A stretch of 64,000 nt of DNA from Chrysemys picta bellii (lineage: Eukaryota). The position numbers and the translations under genes were made by a program. The first letter of the stretch is position 1. Every line of letters starts with the position of its first letter. Shown here one piece after another: positions 34,544-48,309 of this stretch. The notes beneath the pieces are model-generated. The model searched no databases and was not told where the DNA came from. It was given only the letters and a program-made list of their open reading frames with translations. The stretch lies in the NCBI RefSeq assembly GCF_011386835.1, contig NC_088803.1:20398001-20462000 (forward strand), given 5' to 3'.

Positions 34544-35833
34544 TAATATGGTCATTTGCCCATGTAATTTTCTTACTTAGATTTGTAAGCCCCTTGTGGC
34601 ATCCCTTTTTATTTATTTGTACCTTCCACAGCATAAGAGAGACCCGAATCTTATCCTGGTATTATTATTAATTATTATTATTGTAAGGGGAAGGGGTAAT
34701 AATAATAATAATAACAATAATAGATTATAGGAGCCTAAAGGAGTTATGCTTCCAACCCCAATTCAATGTCGATGGGGTTTAGGTGCCTAATGCTTCATTT
34801 GAAAAATCTCAATTCTACTGTACATATCAAAATGTTTCATAAAGACTCCTTTAGTTGTATACACTGCACTAACCTCACTGAAGGCCTTAGGCTGGGATTT
34901 CCAAAGGGAGTTAGGTGCCCAAACCCCATTGGGCACCTAACTGTGGTAGGTTCCTTTGGAAACTACACCATAGTCACCTCTGGGGAGATGTATCAGATTT
35001 GTCTGTCAGTCTGACAAGATCTATCCTATTTCCTGTGTCTTTATCATCCTCTGCACTGTACCTTCAATATCTCTAGCTCAATTTGTTTTATCTTTGCTGT
35101 CATGTAGAAAGCAAGCAAGCAAGTCACTCAGTCACTGTTTTCAGGAAGTAGTGCCACCTCACATATTTGCATTTGTAAATTTCGAAGACTGAACTTTTAG
35201 CTCATACCTGTTTGGATGCAATCGTCCTTCAAGCTGACATATTATAACAATGACTGAAAACAAACAAAAAAACAAACACACAAACAAAAAATCAAACTGC
35301 TGGGAAAGTATCAGGGACTTCAGCCTGTTTCGACAGGAATCAGGGTGCGAGCTCACATATTTTGGAAATGCTTGATGAGTCTGCAACAAGAAGCCTTTTT
35401 ATCATCATCTCGCTCTGAGCAGACATCCGTTCTCCCCAGAGAGGATCAATTTGCTTTGTTCTGATGGTTCCTCTGGGCCAAAACCCTTTGAACCACCTGA
35501 GAGTCCCTTCCCTATCAGCAAACAACCCCAGCCTTCCCAAGAGAGATGGAGGTAAATATTATTGTGCAGACTGGCTCTGACTGGAAAGTGAAAAGAATAA
35601 TAACAGATTTGCAAACGTTTACAGGAGTGATTGTATTATTGCACTGTTGCCACACTGTATCCTTGTGCTGTTTGTCTGTCTGTCTCCATCTTTTGCCTTT
35701 TGTCGTATACTTAGATTGGAAGCTCATTGGGTTGAGGACGGTCTTTTTGTTCTATGTTTTAGCCAAAACACAGTGAAGACCATGGCAGCCTTTCCCTTAA
35801 CTTCATGGGCATAAGGGAAAGGGGTTTTAGGAT

Positions 35834-36204
35834 TGTAACAGGGTGCTGGCCTATGAGGCACTGAACCAGCCCCTGTTAGCTCAGAACCTGCTAGCATAGC
35901 TCCCATAAAGGGGAACCGACTGGAGCTGGCAGGGTGTGGCTCATTAAAGGAGCCTGAGAGCAATCAACTGTGAGCCTGCTGAGAGGAAGGCCTATAAAGC
36001 TAGCAGGAAGGAAGGGGCAGGGAGAGGAGACAGGAGAGTGAGGGCCTGTTGCTCCCAGCTAGATGTAAGAGCAAGCTGTTCCCTAAGGGGCTACCTGACT
36101 GATATTGAACTGTATATAGCTGTATATACGTGGTGGTGGGAAAATACAGGGAAATAAAAGGGCACTGGTGTGTGAAAGAGTGGTGTCCAGTGAATGTGTA
36201 CCAC
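35834..36204. mobile_element. Probable short solo LTR
   Basis: TGTAACAGGG...ACCACA, TATAAA-like box; TSD not confirmed. Confidence 0.35.
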
Positions 36205-36369
36205 AAGCAATGATGCGCTTGTCTACAAGGATCTATTTGTGGGAGAGTGGATAAGACAAGAGAGGCTTCAGAAGGGGATAGGATGTGGGGTGTGGATAGG
36301 TGCAGAGGAGAAGGGAGGCAAAAACAGGGGCATGGGGTGTGAATAGGCACAGGGGGAAGGGAGAAGAAG

Positions 36370-36370
<1 letters not shown>

Positions 36371-36426
<56 letters not shown>
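36371..36426. repeat. (TG)n microsatellite
   Basis: Direct reading. Confidence 0.95.
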
Positions 36427-36428
<2 letters not shown>

Positions 36429-36786
36429 CAGAGGGGAAGAGGCAAGAATCAGGGTGGGTAGAAGGGTAGATAGAAGCAGAGGTGTATGGGGCGGGGCTGA
36501 GGACACAGGGACAGAAGGATCTGTTACCAACTAGAGAAGACTCGTCTCAAGCACTTTGGCAAATCCCATTGAAAGTCCCAAATCCTGCAAGCAATGTCAA
36601 AGAGAATTCTAACAGGAATAACATCACATGTGTATTTGCTGGATTGGGCCCTAAGGATGTCCCTTAGTGCCGTATGTTGCTCTCTGGGACACTGGGGTAA
36701 TATGGGTGGATTTATACTGGTCTAAGTAGGATATGAATTGGATAAGAATCTCTCAATGCATTAAAATCTGAAAACTGGGCTATAAG

Positions 36787-37266
36787 TAGGCTTGGAAGAA
36801 TTAGATTTTTATCCCTAAATGTCAGCAAATCCCGATTTCACCATACACACAAATCAAGGGAAAACATTTCCATCGATAATAACTGAAATTTACTGATAGG
36901 CCAAGTAAGGAAAATGCTGCTAGAGTCTGATTTAAGGATATTTACTTTGCATATTTTGATGTGATGTCGACAAGTTGTGTTTTGATGGTGTATAAAGCTG
37001 TAACTTTTTGAATCTCAGCATCTGCTGTCATTAAATAATTGTCTGACACACCCTTTTGCCTGACCCCCCCCTTCTTCCTCCCACCCCACACAATTTCCTG
37101 CAACAGTGAAAATTTAAATGGATAAAAATAGGAAAAATGCTTAAAACCCATAATTTTGTGCAACTGTAAAAAAGAAATCAAGACAAATGGGAAAATGTTT
37201 TAAATAACATTGGTATCATTGATAAATATATAGCATCAATAAAAAAAATGAATTCTGACAACCCTA
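36787..37266. mobile_element. hAT-like MITE (family of 512-917)
   Basis: TAGGCTTGG...CAACCCTA ends; 6/8-matching flanks GCTATAAG / GATATAAT. Confidence 0.6.
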
Positions 37267-39922
37267 GATATAATGTACTCAGTTTATAGCAGTGCGGCAT
37301 ATGGGAATTAGATAGTATCCCTTTAAATAATTTGCAGGCCCTGTCATTGCAGTAACCATGTTCTATGTTTCATAAACCACTAGAAACCAATTAGAGCAGC
37401 AATGCATGTGGACCTTGTGCATGTTTGTGTAAATATTTAGCATTAGGGACCCAGCTGTTTACTGTGTGTTTTCTTCCAATTGCTTTGCTGTGCAGAGGAA
37501 TAGAACCAGCACTCGGTCATAAACTCCAAAAGTTTCAACAATTGGAATTGTAGAATAATAAAATGGCACATGCTTAGATTGGTGTTTACAAAGGGGCCTT
37601 AGAGAATTAGGTGCCTGGTGTGTTGTGTTTTAAGGCATCTAAAACTCTTAGAACCTATTTTATATCCCAGCCTTCAGGCCCTGATCCTCTGCATCACTTT
37701 ATGTGCCTGGGGGTGAAATTTATTAGAGCTGGTTGAAAGGTTTTTTTTGTTTTCCCTCCCCTGCATGGAAGAAATTGGACAAAAACCTAACAAAACATAA
37801 ACTCATTTTTGCTGAATTTTTTGGTGGAAATTTTTTGTTCACAAGCCACAAAAGGAAACTTTCTGGGTTTGGCACAGTGAGCAGAGCTGGTTGAAAAAAT
37901 TTAGAGAGAACGGTTTTGCATTGAAAATGCAGAATCGGCAGAATCAAAGTGTTCCGTGGAAACGTACTGATTCCATCAACACTTCTGATGAAAACCAGGC
38001 TGGCAAGAAGGTGAGTTGCCTGCAAACCTGCCCACCACCCAGCTGGTAGGAAAACAGGGGAGTGGACTGTCCAACTCCTCAAGGTACCTGGGTAGTTGAC
38101 TCCCTAGCTGGCCAGTTCCTTTGCCGGCAGCCTGGAGAGCGATTGGTCTCCTTAGCTCCCTGTGGTCCCTGAATGTTCCTGGGCTGCTCAGCTCTCTGGG
38201 GAGCCAGATTCTGGACTGCCCATCTGAGGGGTAAGAATATGGACTAGACAGCCTCCTAGTTCCCTGACTCCCCAGGCAGCTGGCTCCTGGGCCATCCTGC
38301 TCCCCAATCAGAATTGTTCAAAACTTTCCTTTCCAGTTCTCCAACTTTTTGTTTCCATTTGAAATGGAAAAGACAAGATCTTGAATGTAAAATTTTCACC
38401 ACAGCAGAAATCCTGGTTCTTGAGCTGCTTTGTGGATGAGTTTTCAGTCTAAAATAGTTGGGGTTTCTGGTTGAAATTTTTTGAATGAAAATGTAACACA
38501 GTATTCAGTGGAAAGAGAAAAAAATGTTTAATTGAAAACCTAATTTTTCACTGAAAAATTGTCAGTGGAAAATTTCCAACTGGCCCTGAAATTTACCCCC
38601 TATAGACTTATGTCCCACTAACCACACATGAAAATAGGATTTCAGTGTGTATAGGCATTGCATAGCTTTCTATACACACCTGATAATCCCCATGGAATTC
38701 ATGCTGGGATTTTCCAAGGAGGCAAAGGGAGTTAAGCACCTAAATCCCACTGAATTTACCTGTAATTTGGATGTCTAATTCCCTTATGCTCTTTCAAAAG
38801 TTCCAGCCTCAGGCCTGGTCAACACTTGAAAACTAGATTGACCTAGTTTTGTCTCTCAGGGCTGAGGGAAATTTTGCATCCTGAGCACTGTAGCTAGGCC
38901 AACCTCATCTCCAGTGTAGATGTAGGTAGGTCATTGGAAAGATTTTTCCATTGACTTAGCTACTGCCTCTCAGAGCGGTGGATCAACTACATCGCTGGAA
39001 AAAACCCTTCCACTGATGTAGTTAGTGTCTACACAATGGTGCTAGAGCAGGACTGCTACAGCGCCATAGTGGTGCTGCTCTAGCTGCTGGCTGCAGTATT
39101 TGCAGTAATAGGGCCTAAAAAGTCACTCCTGTGAAACTCTGAGAATCATTGATTCCCACACAGATTAATGGAACTCTGTGGAAGCTCTGCACCTTTCCTC
39201 AATGGGCCTTAAGAACTAAGGGACTGAGGTAAACATTTCAAAAGTCCTAATGGACAGTAGGTGCCTAGTAGGATTTTAAAAAGCATCTCAGTACCTTACA
39301 CCCCTTGAAATCAATGAGTTTTTAGAGGTGCCAATTTTTGTTGGACACATTCCTAGAGGTTCCATCACATGATGTCATCTTTAATTAAAGATTAATTTTT
39401 AATTCCTGGAGACTCCAGGGCAATCCTGGAGGGTTGGCAACCCTATGAGTTTTACATGCTGAGATGCTTTTGGAAATGCCATGAGATGCTTAAATACCTT
39501 TAAAAATCTGGCCTTTATGGCTAGATTTCCAAGGATATGTAGGCACCCGGAGATGTACAAAGATGTCTAGTGTGATTTTCAAAAATACCTAAGCAGGTCA
39601 GGTATTTAAATTGGTAGTTGGCAGGAAATGGTTTCCTGTCCTGTGAGAATTTTTGAGATTTTTATTTCTTACCCATCTTGAATAAGGACAAAATCTCAAA
39701 CTTTTTTGCATGCTGGTTGTTTTTTTTTGGGGGGGGGGGAGGGGGCGGTCAGGTCAATCAAAACAATTTTTGTTTTTTTCAATGTTAACCTTTTTAACTT
39801 TCTTTTACTATAGACTTACATTTTTCAGTTCTAAACAACTTTTTGTTTAGAAATTAACTTTTCATTTAGAAAATGTTGAAATGGAACGTTTTGACAATTT
39901 GAAAGCTGTTTCTTAAACGTAT

Positions 39923-39980
<58 letters not shown>
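39923..39980. repeat. (GATA)n microsatellite
   Basis: Direct reading. Confidence 0.95.
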
Positions 39981-40123
39981 TGAAATGGGAAAGTTGCTGG
40001 ATCCAACTCTTTCCCATGTAGGTTTGGTTCTGATGAAGCGGACCCTGATTAACTTGAATGGAGATTGGAGCAGGCTCTAAATCTTGCTGTAAATGAAAGC
40101 CACCGAAGGGATACCCAATTCCC

Positions 40124-42958
40124 CTTATTGAGGTTGCAGGAAAAAAACATCCCAATGTGTAGAAAGAATAGTAAATATGGCAGGCGACCAGCTTGGCTTA
40201 ACAGTGAAATCCTTGCTGGTCTTAAACACAAAAAAGAAGCTTACAAGAAGTGGAAGATTGGACAAATGAACAAAGAGGAGTATAAAAATATTGCTCAGGC
40301 ATGCAGGAGTGAAATCAGGAAGGCCAAATCACACTTGGAGTTGCAGCTAGCAAGGGATGTTAAGAGTAACAAGAAGGCTTTCTACAGGAATGTTAGCAAC
40401 AAGAAGAAGGTCAAGGAAAGTGTGGGCCCTTACTGAATGGGGGAGGCAACCTAGTGACAGAGGATGTGGAAAAAGCTAATGTACTCAATGCTTTTTTTGC
40501 CTCTGTCTTCACGAACAAGGTCAGCTCCCAGACTACTGAACTGGGCAGCATAGTATGGGGAGGAGGTGACCAGCCCTCTGTGGAGAAAGAAGTGGTTCAG
40601 GACGATTTAGAAAAGCTGGATGAGCACAAGTCAATGGGGCCAGTTGTGCTGCATCCGAGGGTGCTAAAGGAGTTGGGAGCGGTGATTGCAGAGCCATTGG
40701 CCATTATCTTTGAAAACTCATGGCAATCGGAGGAGGTCCCGGATGAGTGGAAAAAGGCTAATGTAGTGCTCATCTTTTAAAAAGGGAAGAAGGAGGATCC
40801 AGGGAACTACAGGCCAGTCAGCCTCACCTCAGTCCCTGGAAAAATCATGGAGCAGGTCCTTAAGGAATCAATTTTGAAGCATTTAGAGGAGAGGGAAGTG
40901 ATGAGGAACAGTCAGCATTAATTCACCAAGGGCAAGTCATGCCTGACTAACCTAATTGCTTTCTATGATGAGATAACTGGCTCTGTGGATGAGGGAAAAG
41001 CAGTGGATTTATTATTCCTTGACTTTAGGAAAGTTTTTGGTACAGTCTCCCACAGTATTCTTCCCAGGAAGTTAAGGAAATATATGCTGGATACATGGAC
41101 TATAAGGTGGATAGAAAGCTGGCTAGATCATCAGGCTCAATGGGTAGTGATCAAGGCTCCATGTCTAGTTGGCAGTGCCCCAAGGGTTGGTCCTGGAGCC
41201 AGTTTTGTTCAATATCTTCATTAATGATCTGGAGGATGGCATGGATTGCACCCTCAGCGAGTTTGCAGATGACACTAAATTGGGAGGAGTGGTAGATACA
41301 CTGGAGGGTAGAGATAGGATACAGAAGAACCTAGACAAATTAGAGGATTGGGCCAAAAGAAATCTGATGAGGTTCAACAAGGACAAGTGCAGTGTCCTGC
41401 ACTTAGGACGGAAGAATCCCAAGCACTGCTACGGACTAGGGACCGGCAGCTAGGCAGCATTCTGCAGAAAAGGACCTAGGGGTTATAGTGGATGAGAAGC
41501 TGGATATGAGTCAACAGTGTGCCCTTGTTGCCAGGAAGGCTAACGGCATTTTGGGCTGTATAAGTAGAAACATTGTCAGCAGATCGAGGGACGTGATCAT
41601 TCCCCTCTATTTGGCATTGGTGAGGCCTCATCTGGAGTACTGTGTCCAGTTCTGGGTCCCTGTCATAACTATAAAGGGAAGGGTAACAGCTCTCCTGTGT
41701 ACAGTACTATAAAATCCCTCCTGGCCAGAGACTCCAAAATCCTTTTACCTGTAAAGGGTTAAGAAGCTCGGGTAACCTGGCTGACACCTGACCCAAAGGA
41801 CCAATAAGGGGACAAGATACTTTCAAATCTTGGTGGGGGGAAAGGCTTTTGTTTGTGCTCTTTGTTTAAGGGGTTGTTTGCTCTTGGGACTGAGAGGGAC
41901 CAGACATCAATCCAGGTTCTCCCCATCTTTCTAAACAAGTCTCTCATATTTCAAACTTGTAAGTAAAAAGCCAGGCAAGGAGTCTTAGTTTTACTTTGTT
42001 TTCTCAACTTGTAAATGTACCTTTTGCTAGAGTGTTTATCTTTGTTTGCTGTACTTTGAACCTGAGGCTAAGGGGGGTCCTCTGAGCTCTTTAAGTTTGA
42101 TTACCTTGTGAAGTTATGTTCCATACTAATTTTACAGAGATGATTTTTACCTTTTTCTTTAATTAAAAGCCTTTTTTTAAAGAACCTGATTGATTTTTCC
42201 TTGTTTTTAGATACAAGAGAGTTGGATCTGTATTCACCAGGAGTTGGTGAAAGGAAGGAGGGGGGAAGGGTCAATTTCTCCTTGTTTTAAGATCCAAGGA
42301 GTTTCGGATCTGTATTCACCAGGGAATTGGTGAAAGGTTTCTCAAAGCTTCCCAGGGAAGGGAATGGTGGCAGCAGACCAGAACTAAGCTGGTAGTTAAG
42401 CTTAGAAGTCCTCATGCAGGTCCCCACACTTGTACCCTAAAGTTCAAACTGGGGATACAGCCTTGACAGTCCCACACTGCAAGAAGGATGTGGAAAAATT
42501 GGAAAGAGTCCAGCGGAGGGCAACAACAATTATTAGGGGGCTGGAGCACATGATTTATGAGGAGAGGCTGAGGGAACTGGGATTATTTAGTCTGCAGAAG
42601 AGAAGAATGAGGGGGAATTTGATAGCCGATTTCAACTACCTGAAAGGGGGTTCCAAAGAGGATGGATCTAGACTGTTCTCATTGGTAGCAGATGATAGAA
42701 CAAGGAGTAATGGTCTCAAGTTGCAGTGGGGGAGGTTTAGGTTGGATATTAGGAAAAACTTTTTCACTAGGAGGGTGGTGAAGCACTGGAATGGGTTACC
42801 TAGGGAGGTGGTGGAATCTCCTTCCTTAGAGGTTTTTAAGGTCAGGCGTGACCAAGCCCTGGCTGGGATGATTTAGTTGGGGATTGGTCCTTCTTTGAGC
42901 AGGGGATTGGACTAGATGACTTCCTGAGGTCCCTTCCAACCCTGATATTCCATGATTC
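40124..42958 (+). mobile_element. 5'-truncated CR1 interrupted by a solo LTR
   Basis: ORF2 fragments in successive ORFs (WLNSEIL.., [21 protein letters not shown]); 3' tail GATATTCCATGATTC. Confidence 0.93.
41661..42468 (+). mobile_element. Solo LTR of the Gmr1-type Gypsy family, 808 bp
   Basis: TGTCATA...CTTGACA; 5-bp TSD GTCCC; reverse complement of 7803-8621. Confidence 0.93.
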
Positions 42959-43097
42959 AAACGAATGAGGATTAGAAGTGCAGATGCTTTAAATGGCTTT
43001 GAGATTCTCCACCTAAAAGTCAAGTTTGCTCCACTAGTAGCAAGGCGAGGTCATGTAGAAGAGGAATTGCTAGCATCTAGCAACTGAAACACAATAT

Positions 43098-43300
43098 TCA
43101 CCCTGGAGAAACTTATGAGGTAATTAAAGGGGTTGTTTACACTGAATGGACACAAGGTAGATGTTATTAATCCCCGGTGTGTGTGTTAAGGGAAAACAAG
43201 CATGAAATATCAGTAGATCAGGACATATTTGGTATTGAGATAAGCTGAGGATTTCTCAGTGTCATTCTCCTGGATGGAAAGGCTGCAGGAGGTATGAGGT
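43098..43300 (+). promoter_or_regulatory. Candidate OR promoter/first exon (O/E-like CCCTGGAG + TAATTA)
   Basis: CCCTGGAGAAACTTATGAGGTAATTA at 43101-43126; tandem donor-like GAG|GTATG at 43291 and 43299; ~4 kb upstream of the 47311 OR. Confidence 0.3.
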
Positions 43301-43890
43301 ATGCGTCACAAAGCCATTTCTTTCACTGAACGGCTTTGCTATTAATTGTTATATTGTAGAATTCATCTCACAAATTGTAGGAAATGTTACAGTTACATGG
43401 AGCTGGACTCTGTCTCTGAATATCTGGAAATGTTGAAATAGGCATAAGGTACATCAGAATCAAAAGAAAAGTATTTGACTATCTGTCTGATCCATCTCTC
43501 TTTGGTCATCTGCCCATCCATCCATCAGCCAGTCTGTCTCTCTGGTCCATCCTTTGTCCAGTCAATCCATCTACTTGTCCGTCTGGAGTCTGTGTTTCTG
43601 GTCCATCTGTCTAGCTAATCAATCTGTCTGCATATCTATTATTGATACCCACAATGTCCTAGGAACAGTCCACAAACAGAGGACTAAAATGGGATTTTCC
43701 GAGGTGTTTAAGGATGTTGGGCACCTAACTTACTGATGGTTCTTCCTGCTCCCTTAGGCGTCTTTGAAAATTCCAGCCTCTGTCTCCACAATGTCATTTT
43801 CTTATTTTGACTAGCTTTCCTTCAGCATCCCACACTCTCTTCTGGTCTTCTTTATCTATTTGCACATTGTGCCCAATGCATGTTACTCTT

Positions 43891-44123
43891 GGTGTATGTC
43901 TACACTACATCAGCATAGATACGGCTACAGGTTTTTCCTTCAATTTAGTTAACAGAGCTCTCCAAGAAGCGGTAGCTAGGTCAACAGAAGAATTATTTTG
44001 TTGACTTAGCTGCAACTGCACTAGGGATTCAGTCAACCTGACCATGGCACTCAGGATGCTTAATTTTTCAAAACCTTGAATGACATAGGTAGGTCCATTT
44101 ATTTTTTAAGTATAGACCAATAC
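43891..44123. mobile_element. Degenerate Harbinger MITE
   Basis: GTATGTCTACACT 5' TIR and an AGTATAGAC-like 3' TIR. Confidence 0.5.
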
Positions 44124-44427
44124 ATAGACTCTTGCTTCCATGCCTAATTACTCTTTGGGGACTAGGACTGGTCAAACAATGGGATAAAACATTTGCTCTT
44201 TTTTAAAAAAATGTAAAATTTTAATGAAAAAACTCATCAACATTTTGAATTCTGAAAATTTCCCTACTGGAGACTCTCTGGTTTCTACTTAATCTCAGTC
44301 CATTTTTTGACATTATACCCTCTTACTGACGTGTCTGACATATCTGTGTATTCTCCTAGACCCAACTCTGCTTCCCAACTCATATTCTCTTCTTGTGCCT
44401 TTGAGGATAATTCTCTACTTTTGTCAC

Positions 44428-45127
44428 TGTGGCAGGGTGGTCACCCCGCCCCTGCTCTGAGAGGGTTAGAACAGCCCTGGAGAGGGCTACAGCTGGGAAA
44501 TGCTGGGCTGAAATGCTGGGAAAGAAGCCACAGCTGTGGCCATCTTAATCAGGGCCCAGCTGGCCCTCATAAGAGGGCTGTGAGCCAAAAGCAAGAAAGA
44601 CACAGTCTCTCTCTGGCTATAGAGAGAGAAGGACCCGGCTGTCTGGGAAGCTGAGGAGGGTAACTAGGGTGGAGCAGTGCTGGGGAAGGGCAGAGGGAGC
44701 TGGGGAGCTTCAGCCTAGCAAAGCCCCAGGCTGCAGGCTGAGCTTAGGGCCCACAAATGGGTGCTAGGGCTGCAGAGGGGCAGCCCAGGAATAGGCAGAG
44801 GCAGCTGGTCCAACCCCCCTTGCCGAAGATGAGTGGTTTATAGACTGCCGTCTGCCCCAGTGAGCGGGGGCTAGATGGTGACTGGCAGTAGCTACTGAGG
44901 CGAGGTGGGGATAAGGGGTTGGGGGTTCCCCTGGGAGGGGAGACCCAGAGTGAGGGGGTACTGAGGTGGGCAGAACCCCTGGGCAAAGGGCACCAGGGTC
45001 CAGGAGGGACACGAGGGCCTGCGGCAGGCGAGACCCCGGCCTGCAGAGGGCGCTCTCGAGGCTGGAGAGCTAATTCCCTGGACAACCAGCAGGAGGCGCT
45101 GCGCCGGTGAGTCATCACCCCTCTACA
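44428..45127. mobile_element. Solo LTR (Gypsy-like), GC-rich, ~700 bp
   Basis: TGTGGCAGG...CTCTACA ends; TSD only partly preserved. Confidence 0.6.
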
Positions 45128-45475
45128 AGCACTTTTAGGTCCTTCTGGTTTCCTGTACTATGCTTACTTTCTCTCAAAAACTCCAGATTCTCATTCTATT
45201 TTAAGATTAATTCTTGCACCTCAAAACCATTATCTATCTTCAACTCACATCTGTATCTATTCTCAGATGCACAAACACATTCCAGGTCTTATATACACCA
45301 CCTGCATTTCCTTAAAGTGATGTGCAATCTTTTCCTACTTCTACACTTAATTAGGTGCTTCTGGAAAGGGCTTGGCAAATTGGCCAGCTATTTTTCCTTC
45401 GAACATGGAAATAGACGCTGATATTTTGCTGTACTTCAATTGGGTCTGAAATTAACTCAGATGAAACTAATATTT

Positions 45476-46015
45476 TAATAGATTCATAGATTCTAAGGCC
45501 AGAAGGGAAAGTTATGACCATCTAGTCTGATCTCCTGTATAACACATGCCAGAGAACTTCCTCAAAATAATTCCTAAAGCAGATCTTTTAGAAAAAAACA
45601 TCCAATCGTTATTTAGAATCCACCACAACACTTGGTAAATTTTTCCAGTGGTTAATTATTCTCATTGTTAAAAATGTACATCTTATTTCCAGTCTGAATT
45701 TGTCTAGCTTCAATTTTCAGCCACTCAATCATGTTACATCTGTCTGTGCTTGACTCAAGAGCCCATTATTAAATATATTAGTTCCCCAGGTAGATATTTA
45801 CAGACTGTGATCATATCACCCCTTTACCTTCTCTTTGTTAAGCTAAATAGATTGAGCTCTTTGAGTCTATCACTATGAGGCAGGTTTATAATCCTTTAAT
45901 CATTTTCATGGTTCTTCTCTGAACCCTCTCCCATTTTTTAACATCCTTCTTAAACTGTGGACACCAGAATTGGACACAGTACTCCAGTATGGTTGTACCA
46001 GTGACAAACACAGAA
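45476..46015 (-). mobile_element. Old CR1 3' fragment
   Basis: ATAGATTCATAGATTCTAAGGCCAGAAGGG tail. Confidence 0.7.
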
Positions 46016-46111
46016 ATAAAATAAGTGCTCTACTGCTACTTTAGTAGATTTTTGATTAAAATATTAAATTGGAATTTCAATGGCAGTTGGATGTCTGAAT
46101 CCCCTTGTCCT

Positions 46112-47233
46112 TGTGACAAATGTGGGGGGTTCTCTTTAATAGCTACTAATATTGCATCTGAATCTTTCACTAGTGTGATGTCTGTACCATATATTGGAAT
46201 GGCTGTTTCACCTTAGGGGTTTGTCTGGGTAGCAGAGCCTCCCCATGTAGGGGAAGATAAAGAAGTCCCTTTCTACCTGTCATCTCACAGCTGTTAGTAA
46301 ATATTAACCTTTTGCGATCCTTTTGTATATTGAACTCTCATGATTCTTTGGGCAAAAATCCCAGAAAACTTTCTGTGTTAGCCAAATAGCTGTCTAAACT
46401 CTCATACTAAAGAATGCTTTATTTTAACTAATGAATGTCTTTAATTGATAGACTGTAATTATCCACAGTGCTTTTTACATTGACCTTGCTGTCTTAGTCC
46501 AGTACACCAGAGAGCACTAATAATAATAAAGAAATATTATAAATGTGCACTGTAAGTGATAAGATACCGTTAATTGACAAAATGGACAGGGAACAGTTGT
46601 TATAGCAGTTGTGTTCTATAATCAATGCAAAATCAAACCATTAATGTCTAAGTCTTAAAGAGCTAATTATGGTCAAAGATAGTCTCAGGAGTTGTAAATT
46701 AGTTACAAATCTCTCTGGCTTTTGATTTGGCAAGTTGGGAATATTGAAAACAGAATCAAAGTATGAGAAAGGAAATTTCAGCATGGCCAGACCTGGGAAA
46801 GAAAATTCTTAAGGATTTTTGTTGTTTTGAAACAGTAAGCTGCTTCTATTCGGTTCCTGTGACTTAAGAAAGAAGCCTAATTTAGTGTGGCAGTCAAGGG
46901 AAGATTAGATGAGACTAAATGTGCATGCAGACTCTTTCTTGTCAGAAAAAACATTTTTCTCCAATGCTTTGCTCCAACTGCTAACCAAAAATACTTTGTT
47001 TTAAGGAGGCTGCAGTCTCTAGATTATTAATCACAGGTTCCCAAAAGGAAGAAATGCAGGTGTCTGAAACCCAGCTGGACCTGCAGGGTGATAAGCCGTT
47101 GGTATAGACGAGACACTGTAATCAGGTCCGGGTTTAATAGTGGGAGGATTATGAGATTGCACCCCAAGAGAAGACCTGAGCTTGGTGCACTCAGACAAGG
47201 GGCAGCGGTGCAGTTAGCTCCGTGATCATGACA
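46112..47233. mobile_element. Probable LTR ending 77 bp before the 47311 ATG
   Basis: TGTGACA...CATGACA ends; no TSD seen. Confidence 0.4.
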
Positions 47234-47310
47234 AGCTCTTTTTAAAATAAGCATATTGAATCATTTATTATGGTACTACCTTTCTCCATGTCTTTTCTCT
47301 ATTTGTGAAT

Positions 47311-48309
47311 ATGGCCGGTAGTGCACAGGAGAATCTTACTATTGTCATCACATAATTCATCCTGCTGGGATTTGGTAACCTCCATGAACTGCAGACCTTC
47401 CTTTTCATGGCATGTTTAGTTATTTACCTTGTAACAGTGACTGGAAACCTCCTCATTATCACAGTAGTATTAGCCGATGGTTGTCTTCACACTCCCATGT
47501 ACTTCTTCTTGGGTAATTTATCCACCTTGGAGATCTGCTACACCTCAACCATTGTCCCCAAGATGCTCAGGACATTCCTAACATTCTGGGAAACGGTTCC
47601 TTTCTTGGGGTGCCTGGCTCAGTTGTATATTTTTGGTTCAATGACAGTTATTGAATGCTGCCTCTTATCAATAATGTCCTATGACCGGTGTTTAGCCATC
47701 TGCAGTCCTCTGTGCTATGCAGCTGTTATGAACTTTAAGGTTTGCCTTCAGTTAGCGGTTGGTTGTTGGGTAACTGGGCTTCTGGCTCCTCTGATAACAG
47801 TAGTTTGGACATCCAGCTTACCGTTCTGTGCTTCCAATGAAATTGACCATTTCTTTTGTGATTTTGTGCCTCTGCTAAGACTGTCATGTACAGACACTCA
47901 TGTGATTCAATCTCTGTCTTTCATAGTCTGTGCCTGTGTGGGCCTCATCCAATTTTTACTAACCCTGGCTTCTTATTACAAAATCATACTGACCATCTGG
48001 AAGATCCCTTCCACCACAGGGAAACTAAGAGCTTTCTCCAACTGCTCCTCACACCTTATAGTCATTAGCATTTTCTATGGGACTGTCATTATGGTCTATG
48101 GGGCCCCAATTGGAAGCCAATTGCCGGAGATAAACAAAGTCTTCTCCATGCTCTATGCTGTGGTGTCTCCCATGTTCAATTCCATCATCTACAGGCTGAG
48201 AAACAAGGAGGTCTTTTCAAATATGTCCCTTAAATATATTTGGAAATCTGGCCTTAAGTCACTTTTGAAAATGGCACTTGGGGTAAAATTGTCAAAAGCA
48301 CCCTTGTGA
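47311..48309 (+). pseudogene. Divergent OR11A/OR6-like probable pseudogene
   Basis: ATG 47311 followed by an in-frame TAA at 47353-47355 where E of ITEFILLGF is expected; DRY>DRC; NPxxY>NSIIY; after RNKEV the frame reads into a dispersed repeat (~48214 onward). A 300-aa ORF remains from the internal ATG at 47407. Confidence 0.85.

Noticed and set aside
34655-34725. (ATT)n...(AAT)n inverted low-complexity tract
   Set aside because: Imperfect simple repeats; hairpin potential is expected by chance.
40025-40110. Possible C/D-box snoRNA (CTGATGA...CTGA)
   Set aside because: Imperfect C box, no terminal stem or terminal D box, and no host gene.
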